64,000 nt of DNA, taken from contig OY759316.1 in the NCBI GenBank assembly GCA_963662275.1, positions 1,984,001 through 2,048,000 on the forward strand, written 5' to 3'. The position numbers were made by a program, and so were the translations under genes. Of the stretch, positions 1 to 9,302 are shown piece after piece. Numbering within the stretch: the first letter of the stretch is position 1; each line of letters begins with the position of its first letter. Under the pieces are notes generated by a model. That model did not search any database and was not told where the DNA came from. It saw only the letters and a list, made by a program, of their open reading frames with translations. Source of the DNA: Candidatus Cloacimonadales bacterium. Its GTDB lineage: Bacteria > Cloacimonadota > Cloacimonadia > Cloacimonadales > DAONDQ01.

Positions 1-34
1 TGGTAATGGATTTTATCATGTATTGCTCCTTAAA

Positions 35-658
35 TCATTCATTCTCAAGATTGATTCCGTTCCAAATCAGATCGAATACTGCCTTTTTTCTTTGCTCGGC
101 ATACTCTTCCATAAGTATCTGCAATTCAGGAATGATCTTTTCAATAATTGGTTTTGCAACAAAAGGGAAGGCACTCATCGCAACGATACTTACGAAAAGA
201 TGATACGGATCGATCTTCCTGATTTGTTTTGTATCAATGGCATTTTGTATGGCTGCTATGAAAGGGTTTTCCCCGAAGCCAAGATTGGCAAATACCCTTG
301 GAATGATCTCACCAATCCTTTCTCCACCCTCTTGTATCTCCCAAAGGAAGAAACGAAAGATGAACCTGTGTTTCGATATGGCTTCAATATACATATCCAT
401 AAATGTCTTTAAGGCCAATTTGAAATCCTTGTCCAAAGGCACAGAAGAACTAAACGAGCGTAGTATTCCAGTAAATATCTTTTCAAAGACGATGTAGTAG
501 AGTTGATCCTTTGAACGAAAATAGTAATGTAACAGTGCCTTATTGATTTTCGCCTGGTCAGCAATGTCCTGCATCCTGGCACCATCTTTTCCTTTCTGGA
601 TAAAGACTTCTGTTGCTGCAATCAGGATACGTTCTTCAGTATCAGTAGTATTTGCCAT
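35..658 (-). CDS. TetR/AcrR family transcriptional regulator
   Basis: N-terminal TetR HTH (ILIAATEVFIQKGKDGARMQDIADQAKINKALLHYYFRSKDQLY); GAGG RBS upstream. Confidence 0.93.
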   Translation of the reverse strand: MANTTDTEERILIAATEVFIQKGKDGARMQDIADQAKINKALLHYYFRSKDQLYYIVFEKIFTGILRSFSSSVPLDKDFKLALKTFMDMYIEAISKHRFIFRFFLWEIQEGGERIGEIIPRVFANLGFGENPFIAAIQNAIDTKQIRKIDPYHLFVSIVAMSAFPFVAKPIIEKIIPELQILMEEYAEQRKKAVFDLIWNGINLENE

Positions 659-685
659 ATTTACCTCTCAGTTTAACTAAATGTA

Positions 686-701
686 TTAACCATATGGTTA
701 A
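686..701. promoter_or_regulatory. Perfect 16-bp palindrome TTAACCATATGGTTAA, probable TetR autoregulatory operator
   Basis: Lies ~30 bp upstream of the tetR start; a minus-strand TTGACA is at 723-728. Confidence 0.6.
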
Positions 702-748
702 AGAAATGAAGTGAAATAAAACTGTCAATAAGATTTTTCATTATGGAA

Positions 749-777
749 GTAGAGACGCCCAACTTGGGCGTCTCTAC
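749..777. repeat. GTAG-type REP-like palindrome GTAGAGACGCCC-aactt-GGGCGTCTCTAC
   Basis: 12-bp perfect stem; near-identical copy at 39782-39810. Confidence 0.8.
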
Positions 778-986
778 CGTTTAAGATTATGTTATACCAC
801 CATGTAAATTTGAATGATTTATAATTGCAGTTGTTTTTTCATTACTAAACGCTATCATTTTCAATATCAGTATCAATGCAGAAAATGAAGTTTAGAGTAA
901 ATCGTATTGACATGATTGCCTATTACAACACATTTGAAAATAAATAGTTTAGCAGGCTCTGTTTCCTGCTTGACGAGGGAGAACTT

Positions 987-1163
987 TTGCATCAGTATTT
1001 ATTAGCTGCCATTGAATGGGTTTGCTTCATTATAGCACTCATACTCTTGTATCCAAAGATAGGATACTTGGGAATTCTAGGACTTTTTTTTGCATACGTT
1101 GGCTTTGAACTTCATCTCATATATCACCGTCGTGATCGTGAAAGGAAAGCAAAACTGAATTAA
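987..1163 (+). CDS. Small membrane protein, 58 aa (MHQYLLAAIEWVCFIIALILLYPKIGYLGILGLFFAYVGFELHLIYHRRDRERKAKLN)
   Basis: Translated by hand (below the ORF-track cut-off); TTG start after GAGGGAGA; two hydrophobic segments and a basic tail. Confidence 0.6.
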   Translation: MHQYLLAAIEWVCFIIALILLYPKIGYLGILGLFFAYVGFELHLIYHRRDRERKAKLN

Positions 1164-1264
1164 ACCTGTACGTTTTTTGTTTTATTATCAAGTCAGTAAT
1201 TTTATTTATTGCCAACTTATAATATCTAATACCTGCTGTGATTGCTACATTCTTAGGAGGTATA

Positions 1265-1843
1265 ATGGAAGACTACACAGAATTTGCACAGAATGCGTAT
1301 CGACTGATTCAAAAAAAAGCAGAAGACAACACCGTTGCGCAATCATTGAGTGGTATCTTTGGATGGCCTTGGACCATAGGGACTGATATCGCGGTTATAC
1401 CAATTATCTATGTCCCTCTCTGGGAAAGAATACGTGAGCTATATGCACGCAACGAGGTTGATTCAGAAGTTGCCGGTTCAATCATTAGAGGAACACTATC
1501 TGAGATTTTTGTCGATATTGCCCTGGATAAATTCTTAGGGAATATTCCTCTCATTGGTATTTACTTCAATGCGATTTGTGCTAAGATGATGACATGGCGT
1601 TTGGGTATACTGTTTACAATGTTATCTGCACGTGGGGAAGAGGTTGATGTTTCTCAAGTTCGTGATTGTATGATGCTGATTCGATTAGTATTTCCACAGC
1701 ATGACATGTTCAAATTTATTACTCCAAATAAAGCGCATTTTATTAAACTGATTAACGGCATGACAGACATACCACAAGAGGATTTCAATCAGAAAGTTGA
1801 CCAGATGCTTGATATGATGAATAATAATCATAATAATGATTGA
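1265..1843 (+). CDS. Hypothetical protein (DUF697/EcsC-like helical protein, tentative)
   Basis: AGGAGG RBS before ATG 1265; 'GNIPLIGIYFNA...TWRLG' pattern resembles DUF697-type proteins. Confidence 0.6.
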   Translation: MEDYTEFAQNAYRLIQKKAEDNTVAQSLSGIFGWPWTIGTDIAVIPIIYVPLWERIRELYARNEVDSEVAGSIIRGTLSEIFVDIALDKFLGNIPLIGIYFNAICAKMMTWRLGILFTMLSARGEEVDVSQVRDCMMLIRLVFPQHDMFKFITPNKAHFIKLINGMTDIPQEDFNQKVDQMLDMMNNNHNND

Positions 1844-1959
1844 TATCCATCAGCTTGGAAGGATATGCGCTAACGAAATAAAACAAATATTTGGAATGAA
1901 ATATGTAATATTTGATTTCGATTTTCAATAATTCATGCAGTTCAATGAGGAGTTATAAT

Positions 1960-4900
1960 ATGATAAAAAATTCCAGATTGTTTTTTATGTGTTTGTGTTT
2001 CCTCTTCAATCTATCGATTTCATTACTCTCTGCTCAACCATATGTTGAATTACCACAGTATTTTCCATCCCGAGAGGCAGTGATTGAAGATTTCGATTCT
2101 CTGAATATAGATCTCACATCATGGTCTACATTTGACACTGAACCCGAAAATTGGAGTATCGATAGTTCGAACACATATCCAGGTTCTGCTCATTCGCTTA
2201 AGTTATTTGGCAATACCTGTAAGCAGAAGATAATTCTTCCAGTCATTGTCGATACAAGTACTGTGTTCCAGGTTTCTGCTTATTCAACCGGAAATGCTTT
2301 GGTACAAGGATTTGGTATAGCAGATTCAATACATGTCTTATACTACTCTTTTAGGGGTAGTGCAGTACAGGATCCGGCAATATGGGCAGCAACCTACCAG
2401 GGGGCTTTCGCATCTGACCAATGGCAAATCTATCAGCTTCCCATTGGAGATGATTGGTTAGCACGTTTTGATTATTTACCGCAGATTACTTCCCTAATCT
2501 TCATGAACCAGGAAAGTGGCTCATCAACTTCAACTATATTTTTTGACCATATCGTGGATATCACTTCTGACTTACCAAAACCACCGCTAGTTCAGATCAG
2601 TTATTCCATAGGTGCTTTTATGAAGAATACTGTAAACGAGAGAACTATTGGAGTGGAATTCTTTAGCCAAATCATCGATACAGATAGTAGTATTTTTTCA
2701 TATTATTGGGATTTTGGTGATGATTCAACCAGTACAGAACCAAATCCTTATCATTCTTATGAAGTAATGGATAATCACCCTTATACGGTTCGTCTCGCAG
2801 TTCGGGATTCAACCAATAAATGGGGGTATGCAACCTGCCAGATAAATGTTGATAATGGAAGTTCATCCTATCCGCTTACAATCAATTTTGTGGGTGATAT
2901 CATGCTAGCAGATGCCTTGGAAACACAGATTATCCCCAATGTAGGTTTTCCTGGAATTTTCGATTCAACATTACCGGTTTTTGGAAATGCAGCAGATATT
3001 TCGGTAGCAAACCTGGAATGTCTTTACAGCAACACAGGAACACCTCATCCGAAACCAACGAATCTACATAGTGCACCTGCAAATGCTGCCGGTTTGGTAT
3101 ATGCCGGAATCGATGTCGGTACCTTGGCGAATAACCATGTTATGGATTATGGTCTGACAGCCTTGAATCAGGATATGTCAGTTTTAGATGATTTAGGCAT
3201 TACTTATTCTGGAGCCGGAGCAAATTCATATGATGCCTATAGACCTGCATTTATTTCCAAAAAAGGAATTAATGTAGCTTTCCTGGCTTGCACAGATCGT
3301 ACAGGACAGTATAATGGCTATCAGCCAAGTTTGGAAGCTGGATATAACAAACCCGGGTTCGCCATGATGACACCTTATTATCTGATGAAACAGATTCAGG
3401 CTGTAGAAGGAATCTCTGATTTAAATGTAGTTGAAATGCATTCCGGTAGTGAATACTCACTTGTGCCTACAGCAGATTATGATAAATTTGTAAACCCCTT
3501 TGCATTGACAACTGAATATACTGATGATGAAGATGAGGATGCTGCTCCCAGGATTGATCTTCCACATATGTGGGATGTTGAGATGAGGCACTTCGCCATT
3601 GATCACGGAGCTGATATTGTGATCAATCATCATCCTCATATCATTCAAGGCTTTGAAATGTACCATGGAAAGCTGATAGCTCATTCTTTAGGGAATTTCG
3701 TTTTTGATCTTACATATCCTGAAACCTTCCCCTCGGTTGTTCTGAATACAAAAGTTAATCAAAACGGCTTTTATGAATATAACATCGTACCGATTTATCT
3801 GGATAACATGATCCCAAAACGAGCAACCGGACTTTTAGGAACACATATCCTTGACTATTTAGCTTTCCGATCAAGAGAGATGAATACTTACCTGGAAATA
3901 GATCGACAAAACATAAATGCAGTTGTTCATACAGACAGTCTCCAATTTTTTACTCACGAAGTTGACCAGACTCTGAATGTAGCATTGACGCAAGAGAATG
4001 CTTACTATGCATCAAAGCCAATAGATTTGGTCAGACAAGGTTCTATTGCCGGAATTCAGAATATACAACCTCCATCAGATTGGAGTTACAGGCTAGGGAA
4101 AGAACAATTGTGGAGTCTCAATTGTGAGGATGAGGGTGGAAATTTATGGGAGTTAAATACAACCAGTGAGACATTCAATACCGAATTTTATGTGTCGGGT
4201 GCAAGATCAATATGTCAATCACGAAGCCAGGGAGCTGTTCAAATACCAACAGATCTTCTACATCGTATGAAAATCTATAACAGGACTAGTATCTATACGA
4301 TGCATGGATGGGTTAAATCTGATAATTCAAATAATGCCGGTTTTGAAATGCGTTTCTATACAAATCGTAATGATGGCTCACCTTTATCTACCGTATCTAT
4401 GGCATCAAGTATTAATGGCACTACTGACTGGACTTATTATTCATTCGATTTCACAATTCCTGATGGAGCAAACTTCTATTCTCTCAGGTTGAAAAGTACG
4501 GGTCCCAGCAATGGTAATTCAAATACTTACTTTGATGATGTTGGGCTTATCATTTGGGATGATTGGGCACAAGTGCAATTGCCGGTTGAGATTACAAATC
4601 CGAATGATTATTATTATGCTCAGATTCGCTGTAGTGACAATATATCCAATATTCAGTTCACTTATCTTGAAAAGGAGTACATTCCTGCACCTGTCTCAAA
4701 CGACGATTCATCGATTTCTGAAGCATCACCTGCTGTTTTATATAAGAACTACCCGAATCCCTTCAATCCTTCAACAACGATACGTTTTCAGCTCTATATT
4801 CCATATCAGGTGAAGATTTCGATCTACAATATCAGAGGTCAATTAGTAAAAACTCTGGTCGATGGACAATTTGAACGTGGAGTGCATGAAATTGTATGGA

Positions 4901-5004
4901 ATGGGAAAGATAATTTTAATAGACAGACAGCTTCAGGAGTATATTTTATGCGTATGGATTCAGGCTCGCATAAATTCACAAGAAAAATTGTGCAGCTTAA
5001 ATAA
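1960..5004 (+). CDS. Secreted CapA (PGA_cap) metallophosphoesterase-family protein with PKD, carbohydrate-binding-like and C-terminal FlgD-Ig/T9SS-like domains
   Basis: Signal peptide; PKD 'YYWDFGD..EPNPYHSY'; CapA motifs GDIML, ANLE, ANNHVMDYG, HSGSEY, HHPH, SLGNFVF; CTD 'NYPNPFNPSTTIRF'. Confidence 0.88.
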   Translation: MIKNSRLFFMCLCFLFNLSISLLSAQPYVELPQYFPSREAVIEDFDSLNIDLTSWSTFDTEPENWSIDSSNTYPGSAHSLKLFGNTCKQKIILPVIVDTSTVFQVSAYSTGNALVQGFGIADSIHVLYYSFRGSAVQDPAIWAATYQGAFASDQWQIYQLPIGDDWLARFDYLPQITSLIFMNQESGSSTSTIFFDHIVDITSDLPKPPLVQISYSIGAFMKNTVNERTIGVEFFSQIIDTDSSIFSYYWDFGDDSTSTEPNPYHSYEVMDNHPYTVRLAVRDSTNKWGYATCQINVDNGSSSYPLTINFVGDIMLADALETQIIPNVGFPGIFDSTLPVFGNAADISVANLECLYSNTGTPHPKPTNLHSAPANAAGLVYAGIDVGTLANNHVMDYGLTALNQDMSVLDDLGITYSGAGANSYDAYRPAFISKKGINVAFLACTDRTGQYNGYQPSLEAGYNKPGFAMMTPYYLMKQIQAVEGISDLNVVEMHSGSEYSLVPTADYDKFVNPFALTTEYTDDEDEDAAPRIDLPHMWDVEMRHFAIDHGADIVINHHPHIIQGFEMYHGKLIAHSLGNFVFDLTYPETFPSVVLNTKVNQNGFYEYNIVPIYLDNMIPKRATGLLGTHILDYLAFRSREMNTYLEIDRQNINAVVHTDSLQFFTHEVDQTLNVALTQENAYYASKPIDLVRQGSIAGIQNIQPPSDWSYRLGKEQLWSLNCEDEGGNLWELNTTSETFNTEFYVSGARSICQSRSQGAVQIPTDLLHRMKIYNRTSIYTMHGWVKSDNSNNAGFEMRFYTNRNDGSPLSTVSMASSINGTTDWTYYSFDFTIPDGANFYSLRLKSTGPSNGNSNTYFDDVGLIIWDDWAQVQLPVEITNPNDYYYAQIRCSDNISNIQFTYLEKEYIPAPVSNDDSSISEASPAVLYKNYPNPFNPSTTIRFQLYIPYQVKISIYNIRGQLVKTLVDGQFERGVHEIVWNGKDNFNRQTASGVYFMRMDSGSHKFTRKIVQLK

Positions 5005-5015
5005 GGGAGAAATTT

Positions 5016-6704
5016 ATGAAAAAGCTTCTTATTATCTTTATGTTTATAGTGTTATTTCAATTATTAAACGCCTTACCACCTGAGTTGGCAGATATTCAGA
5101 AACAGGTAGCCCGACAAGCAGGCGCTTTCCATAACTCCCCATCGCACCAAAAGATCAGAATGGAGCAACCAAATCGTTCATATGTTGTGGGGGATACTCG
5201 CAACTTTTGGCGGTGGAATCTGGCTGTTATGCCTCCACCCTGGATACAAGTCCCTGCAACATGCCGTGCAGTAGGAGCTCATTCCTATTTATTTGTCGCT
5301 AATAGTGAGTGGAATGTTCATATGACCCAGGCGAATGTCGATTCGATTATGGTACGTCTGGAAGAAAGAACTGTCAACGATCCGAATATGGGTGCTATTG
5401 AGATGGATGTTAATGAATTCGGTCCCATACCCGATGAATTGGATAATGACCCGAAAATAATTGTTTTTTATTCTGCTTTGGGTTCCTTCCAAGGTTCTCA
5501 ATTCGATGGATATTTCAGTGCGTATAATCAAGTTACAGAAGCGGAAGCCCAATTGATGGAACAATCAGGGCATAGCAATGAATGTGAGATGATCTATATG
5601 ACCTGTTCACCATTAAATCCAGTAGCTCCGGTTCGATTATCCGTGCTGGCACATGAATTGACCCATATGATTGAGTGGGGACTTGATCCAAATGAAGAGA
5701 CATGGATTGATGAAGGTTTAGCGGAACTTGCTATGGTTAAGTACGGAATTCCAGATCCAATCACAGATTTCAACGGAAATCCTGATAATTCCCTTACTTT
5801 ATGGGATAGAGAATATGCTGATTATGTAAAAGTAATGCTATTTTTCACATATCTTTCCGAACACTATGATACAAACGGCTTAATTAGGGATATTATCTCA
5901 GACCCAACTCACGGTCGGGAAAGCATAAATAACCAAATTGCATCTCATTTCCCAGGAGTTACATTTCAGGATATCTTCAGAGATTGGACTATTGCCAATT
6001 ACATAGACCATCAAACAAATGATTCAGATTTATTCACATATTTTCAATTGGATATTCCACAATTTACAACCACATATCACTTTACGGATGAATTCGTTAA
6101 TGTGGTAGATCAAACTGGTACCGTACAACCCTGGGCAGCAGACTATATCAAAAATGATGAGAATGGCTGGTATCACATTGGTGACTTTGGAGGTAATCAC
6201 CCCTTCCAATTTAGCTATGTTCCCATTACAAACGGTGATAATCTCCCATATTTAGTGTTCTCAAGTTCTGTAGGTAACAATTTTGAGTGGGTTAATACCT
6301 TCTGGTTAGGTTATTATATTCTTGTGATTTCGAATCCCTCTGATTCTGTATTAAGTTACCATTTTTCAATTCTTTCAGGAGATGGAGTTGAAGAGCACAT
6401 TATGCCACCTGCGACTTCTTCAATTGCATGTTATCCAAACCCATATGTAGCTAAAACCGGAAGTATGAATATTCAAGTAAAGAACATTAATAATATTCAG
6501 GTTAACTCCCAGGCTCTCATATATAACATCAAAGGTCAGTTGATTTCTAAGATTACCCTTCAGAAATCTAGCAATCAAAACAGCCTTTCAACTGAATGGA
6601 ATGGGAGAGATCGAGAAGGAAAAATTGCAGCCAGCGGTATGTATATGATTCGTTATCAAAATGGAGATAAAACGCTGAATAAGAAATTCATTATACTTCA
6701 ATAA
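5016..6704 (+). CDS. Secreted zinc metallopeptidase (M30/immune-inhibitor-A-like) with FlgD-Ig/T9SS-like CTD
   Basis: Signal peptide; AHELTH...WIDEGLAE zinc motif; CTD 'CYPNPY...IYNIKGQ'. Confidence 0.8.
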   Translation: MKKLLIIFMFIVLFQLLNALPPELADIQKQVARQAGAFHNSPSHQKIRMEQPNRSYVVGDTRNFWRWNLAVMPPPWIQVPATCRAVGAHSYLFVANSEWNVHMTQANVDSIMVRLEERTVNDPNMGAIEMDVNEFGPIPDELDNDPKIIVFYSALGSFQGSQFDGYFSAYNQVTEAEAQLMEQSGHSNECEMIYMTCSPLNPVAPVRLSVLAHELTHMIEWGLDPNEETWIDEGLAELAMVKYGIPDPITDFNGNPDNSLTLWDREYADYVKVMLFFTYLSEHYDTNGLIRDIISDPTHGRESINNQIASHFPGVTFQDIFRDWTIANYIDHQTNDSDLFTYFQLDIPQFTTTYHFTDEFVNVVDQTGTVQPWAADYIKNDENGWYHIGDFGGNHPFQFSYVPITNGDNLPYLVFSSSVGNNFEWVNTFWLGYYILVISNPSDSVLSYHFSILSGDGVEEHIMPPATSSIACYPNPYVAKTGSMNIQVKNINNIQVNSQALIYNIKGQLISKITLQKSSNQNSLSTEWNGRDREGKIAASGMYMIRYQNGDKTLNKKFIILQ

Positions 6705-6736
6705 TTTACAAGCAGGACGGTAAGTTTATACGAAAG

Positions 6737-7104
6737 CTGAGGATTTGGAGTTCAAATTTCCATCGAATCTACTACGACTTCTCAAGTAAAAGGAAATTCG
6801 GACTTTCTGAATCTGATAATAAGAAGTATGAAGTCCACTCATCCTTTTAGCTAATCCCAATAGATAGATACGAAGGATGAATGAACTCCAAACTTCCAGA
6901 AAGCAGAGAATCAAACTCTCCCCTACCCCTCCCTTTATCCAAAGGGAGGGAAATCAGACCGGGTGCTGACTTGTACCATTCCTCCCTTTGGATAAAGGGA
7001 GGTGGCACTTTAGTGTCGGAGAGTTTGATTCTGAGGTTTTGGAGTTCAATTGCCCTAAACAAATCATCAATGAATACCTGACTAAAAGGGCAAGTGGACT
7101 TCAT
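6737..7104. repeat. Three degenerate ~70-bp units (6737-6806 +, 6827-6899 -, 7031-7104 +), plus an inverted CCTCCCTTT...AAAGGGAGG palindrome pair (~6917-7005)
   Basis: Units share CTG....TTTGGAGTTCA ... TAAAAGG ... GGACTT. Confidence 0.6.
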
Positions 7105-7177
7105 AATCGACCTTTCATCCTCGGTAGCGAAAATCATTATCTAGGAAGTTCAATACAGAGTAGCTTCAACTATCTGT

Positions 7178-7570
7178 TTCTGCAATGCCAATCTTCAATC
7201 TTCCATTTTCCATCTTAAATTCTGCAACCTCTGCCAAATCTTCAATTTTAAATCTTAAATAATTTCAAATTTATTTGAAATACTCCCTCCTATATGGCAG
7301 AAGGTGACAGCTAACAGGTAACAGCCGACAGGTTCAGAACACAGAAGAAAATGCCTCAGAAAGCAACTTCGAACTTCGCACTTCGTACTTCCAAATAAGT
7401 CTCATGGAAGATAAAAAATACATAAAAGAAATAAAAACTAAAGAAAATCTAAGGAAAATCTAAAAAAGTCTAGATGATCCCTAGATGATCCCTAGATGAA
7501 ACCCAGCTCATATTTTCAGTGGAAAATATGAGAATTAAAAAGTAAAAGTGAAAAATTAAAAATTACAGAT
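7178..7570. repeat. Cluster of short heptamer arrays (ATCTTCA-, ACAGNNN-, ACTTCGN-type) and 11-bp repeats (CTAGATGATCC)
   Basis: Visible 7-bp and 11-bp periodicity; TTCTGC boundaries. Confidence 0.65.
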
Positions 7571-7670
7571 GAAAGAGTCGAGATTCGCGGAAGTAAATCC
7601 GTCTGTTCTTCATCCCCCATTGAGAAGGGGGGTAGGGGGGTCTATTTTGTGAACTGTTTCCTGTTCGCTG

Positions 7671-8123
7671 TTAGCTTCTGCTCCGGTATTGCAAAATTCT
7701 TCTCATATCTTTTCGCACTAGCATCGGACAATTAGGAAGTTCATCATAGATCAAGTCCAGTCTATGTTGAGAAATTGGTTGTAGGAATTGGATTTTACCA
7801 TCTATTAATTTCTTCTGTAAATCGCTTTTAGTTACTTTATAAATCCGATATAATTGAATCATTGTGTCCTTAGAAAAACTACTTTCTGTATTAGCTTCAA
7901 TGAAGATACCAGGAAGATCATAGAATTTATATTCTCGTTCAATGTTAGAAGTAGTAAACAGGAATAACGATTCTTCATTGTCATCATTACAGATTACGAT
8001 TAGCCTTTTGTCTGTAGGTGTTCCACCATCTGTATATTCAACATCCAACATCCTAATAACAGTTCCAGCTATGAATAATTGAGTAAGCTGTTCTTCAATA
8101 GTTGGTGTGGAAGTATTCATCAA
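7671..8123 (-). CDS. Putative toxin, PemK/MazF-like fold
   Basis: ATGA overlap with the upstream Panacea gene; 'GTVI..DVEYTDG..PTDKRLIVI...LFLFTTS...F..DTMIQL.RI' pattern resembles PemK-like proteins. Confidence 0.55.
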   Translation of the reverse strand: MMNTSTPTIEEQLTQLFIAGTVIRMLDVEYTDGGTPTDKRLIVICNDDNEESLFLFTTSNIEREYKFYDLPGIFIEANTESSFSKDTMIQLYRIYKVTKSDLQKKLIDGKIQFLQPISQHRLDLIYDELPNCPMLVRKDMRRILQYRSRS

Positions 8124-8671
8124 TGAAATATAAGGTTTATTTCTTTATCGGTTCGTTCCATTTCTCTATTAATTTCTATAAGCTCTTCTCGTTGTTCCGC
8201 ACTTAACTCATGGGCAATTTTATCTATGGTAATTTCTGCACTAATTGGAGTATGAATCCAGGCATATTCTTTATGTGTGTAATCAACTAACTGATTCGCA
8301 GGTACGCTGCCGTATTGCTCCAAAACCTGGTTTAAGCAATCCAGTTCTGATTCAGAAAATTCATCCTCATCAATTGGTTCGATACAACTTAAAGTCCTTA
8401 ATTTATTTGGAGCAAATTCAAGATGCTGTGATAAATAGTTTTTTGTGTGTTCTGATAGCATCTCAGAAGAATAATCAATAAAATTCAGAATATCTTTCGC
8501 TACAGGACCATAACTCCATTTATAGTATTTTACACCAGTGATAGATCTGCCATATTTTAATAAGTGAAATTTGTCTGCAAAATAGATCAGTTTCAACACT
8601 TTCAATTTGGTTACTCGAGGTATTTTACTCGAAATGTACGTAAGCACATTGATTATCTTCCTATCGTCCAT
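8120..8671 (-). CDS. Panacea-domain (DUF4065/SocA-like) antitoxin
   Basis: KVLKLIYFADKFHL..YGRSITG..Y....YGPV and 'L..V...YG....L...TH.E.AW' motifs; GGAGG RBS. Confidence 0.88.
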   Translation of the reverse strand: MDDRKIINVLTYISSKIPRVTKLKVLKLIYFADKFHLLKYGRSITGVKYYKWSYGPVAKDILNFIDYSSEMLSEHTKNYLSQHLEFAPNKLRTLSCIEPIDEDEFSESELDCLNQVLEQYGSVPANQLVDYTHKEYAWIHTPISAEITIDKIAHELSAEQREELIEINREMERTDKEINLIFH

Positions 8672-9302
8672 AATACCTCCCTAACGTCCACCTATTAACA
8701 TAATTTAATATAATATAATTGTGCAATGAATATTCCAAAGTTAATTAGGTCAAGGCTTTTTGTTTTGTTCTGCTCTAGTCTCTATCATCTTCTGCAATGC
8801 CCTGTCAGCTATCAGCTATAAGCTTCTGCACTGCCAATTCTTAATTCTTCACTCTTAATTCTTAATTAAGCGAAGCGTTAAGCCTTCTGCCAGTCTGCCA
8901 ATTCATCGCATTTCACTTGTTTCAATCCTTGTTATGATGGATAGTGGTTATAGACCTGTCCGCTGTACCCTGTCCGCTGTCCGCTTCTGGTGAGTTTCAA
9001 TCCTTGTTATGATGGATAGTGGTTATAGACGGTAAGTATCTGCATCCATAAAATAGTCATATCCTTGTTTCAATCCTTGTTGCATATTCCGCTCAGAAAA
9101 GCCACCTTGTCCGATTAAGTTGAGCCAGTGCTCCACTATAATTGAGCCATACTATATTGTCTTTTTGAGCCACACTACGTATCTGATCGCCATATAACAT
9201 AATATCTGCAGTGTTTGGCAAGATTCTGTTCCGGCTGCTGCGGAGAGAGGACGTAGTCCGAGCGAAGCAGCAGCCGGAACGTTGCGCCTAATGGGCAATA
9301 GG

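Noticed and set aside
6726..7218. Several 60-96 aa ORFs in the intergenic patchwork
   Set aside because: They overlap on both strands, run through repeats and show no recognisable motifs.
9194..9204. ATAACATAATA in the IS21 end matching the YR-IS91 element terminus
   Set aside because: An 11-bp AT-rich match with no further similarity; likely chance.
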